From Scyliorhinus canicula (taxonomy: Eukaryota), in assembly GCF_902713615.1 (NCBI RefSeq), contig NC_052149.1:126359256-126423255 (forward strand): a stretch of 64,000 nt of DNA, in the 5' to 3' direction. The position numbers were made by a program, and so were the translations under genes. Shown here piece after piece: positions 62,731 to 64,000 of the stretch. The first letter of the stretch is position 1. Each line of letters opens with the position of its first letter. Below the pieces are notes generated by a model. The model saw only the letters and a program-made list of their open reading frames with translations. It made no database searches and was not told where the DNA came from.

Positions 62731-63062
62731 AGATGAGGCCAATGTTGTAAAGAGTCTGGTTGAGCAGCAGACAGAGCTCAGGGAGAGGGATGGAGTTTGT
62801 ATCGGGAGCTGAAGACGATGGCTTTGATCTTCCCAATGTGTTTCCCAGTGAGCCTGGCTCCTCAGTCCTGACTGCTCTTAGCTGCTGTTCTTTTCACTGA
62901 TTGGACAGTTATTGTTAGAGATTCAGACCACAGCAGAAACCCCCAGTGTAAAAAATAACAGCAAAGACTGTCAGATCGGAAGATTGAAACGTAACCAACA
63001 GAGGAAGTGAAAGAAGGGGCTCAGAGCAGCTGGATGTTTGTTACTGACACGGGAGAAAACTG
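62731..63062 (-). repeat. Copy B of the 332-bp inverted duplication
   Basis: Reverse complement of 33559-33890, 97.9% identical by hand alignment. Confidence 0.95.
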
Positions 63063-63065
63063 AAC

Positions 63066-63656
63066 CGTGGGTTTCGTCCAGGTCCTCCGGTTTAGTCCCA
63101 CAGTCCAAAGACGTGCAGGTTAGGTGAATTGGCCATGTTAAATTTCCCTTAGTGGCCAAAAGAGTTAGGTGGGGTTACTGGGTTACGGGATAGGGTGGAG
63201 GTGTGGGTTTAAGTAGGGTGCTCTTTCCAAGGGCTGGTGCAGACCCGATGGGCTGAATGACCTCCTTCTGCACTGTAAATTCTATGATTCTATGAGCATT
63301 TTCTTTATGTTATAGAACATAGAACATAGAACAGTACAGCACAGAACAGGCCCTTCGGCCCTCAATGTTGTGCCGAGCCATGATCACCCTACTCAAACCC
63401 ACGTATCCACCCTATACCCGTAACCCAACCCTTAACCTTACTTTTTATTAGCACACTACGGGCAATTTATCATGGCCAATCCACCTAACCCGCACATCTT
63501 TGGACTGTGGGAGGAAACCGGAGCACCCGGAGGAAACCCACGCACACAGGGGGAGGACGTGCAGACTCCACACAGACAGTGACCCAGCCGGGAATCGAAC
63601 CTGGGACCCTGGAGCTGTGAAGCATTTATGCTAACCACCATGCTACCCTGCTGCCC
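63066..63656. mobile_element. Two V-SINEs: 5'-truncated (+, 63066-63295) and young full-length (-, 63312-63656)
   Basis: Core and tail motifs; the second closely matches 41152-41488. Confidence 0.88.
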
Positions 63657-64000
63657 CAATAAATGTGTAATTGTCCACCTTTGAGGAAGTCACAAGGTGG
63701 ACAACGGAGAATTTGTAGATGTGAAGAACACGGAATTCCGAAAGGTGCCACATCAAATGTTACGACACAAGATGTGATCTCATGGTGTACGGGGTATCAA
63801 CTTGGCATGGATCAGCAATTTGTTAGTTAAGAGAAAACAGAGAAGGGGGATAATTTGGGCTTTTTTGGGTTGTCCAGCAGTAACTAGTGGAGTGGTGGAG
63901 AAATCAGTGCTGGAGCCTCAACTATTCACAATCAACATCAATGATCAGTGAAGGAAGCAAATGTAGTTAGTGTGAAAATAACACTAAGATAGGTGGGAAA

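Noticed and set aside
26700-64000. Additional V, D, J or C segments or a heavy-chain/TCR gene
   Set aside because: I found no Ig-domain motifs with an RSS or splice sites by eye or in the ORF track; highly decayed relics cannot be excluded without tBLASTn.

Overview
Eukaryotic, repeat-dense vertebrate DNA, not microbial. The SINE/LINE families and the Ig sequence point to a cartilaginous fish, probably a catshark-like shark (inference). The only clear host gene is one complete, unrearranged immunoglobulin kappa-type (shark type III/NS4-like) light-chain cluster on the minus strand. It comprises leader exon 23196-23244, V exon 22711-23009 with a consensus 12-RSS, a single J at 22264-22298 with a 23-RSS, a 12.3-kb J-C intron, and C exon 9680-10008. 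The J has FSKG instead of the canonical FGxG motif. The rest is mostly decayed transposons (V-SINE/HE1-type SINEs, CR1, Rex1/Babar, L1, L2, Penelope, Gypsy elements and solo LTRs, Harbinger genes and MITEs) and four minisatellite arrays. Best leads: (1) a 332-bp, 98%-identical inverted duplicate at 33.6 kb and 62.9 kb carrying an exact Ets-IRF composite motif plus an E-box and a RUNX site; (2) a 3-kb E-box/Ets/heptamer-like array just upstream of the V promoter; (3) the variant J; (4) a LINE whose 5' end is a tRNA-headed SINE body. Families were assigned by eye from recalled consensus features; no searches were run. I found no system that I can confidently call new.
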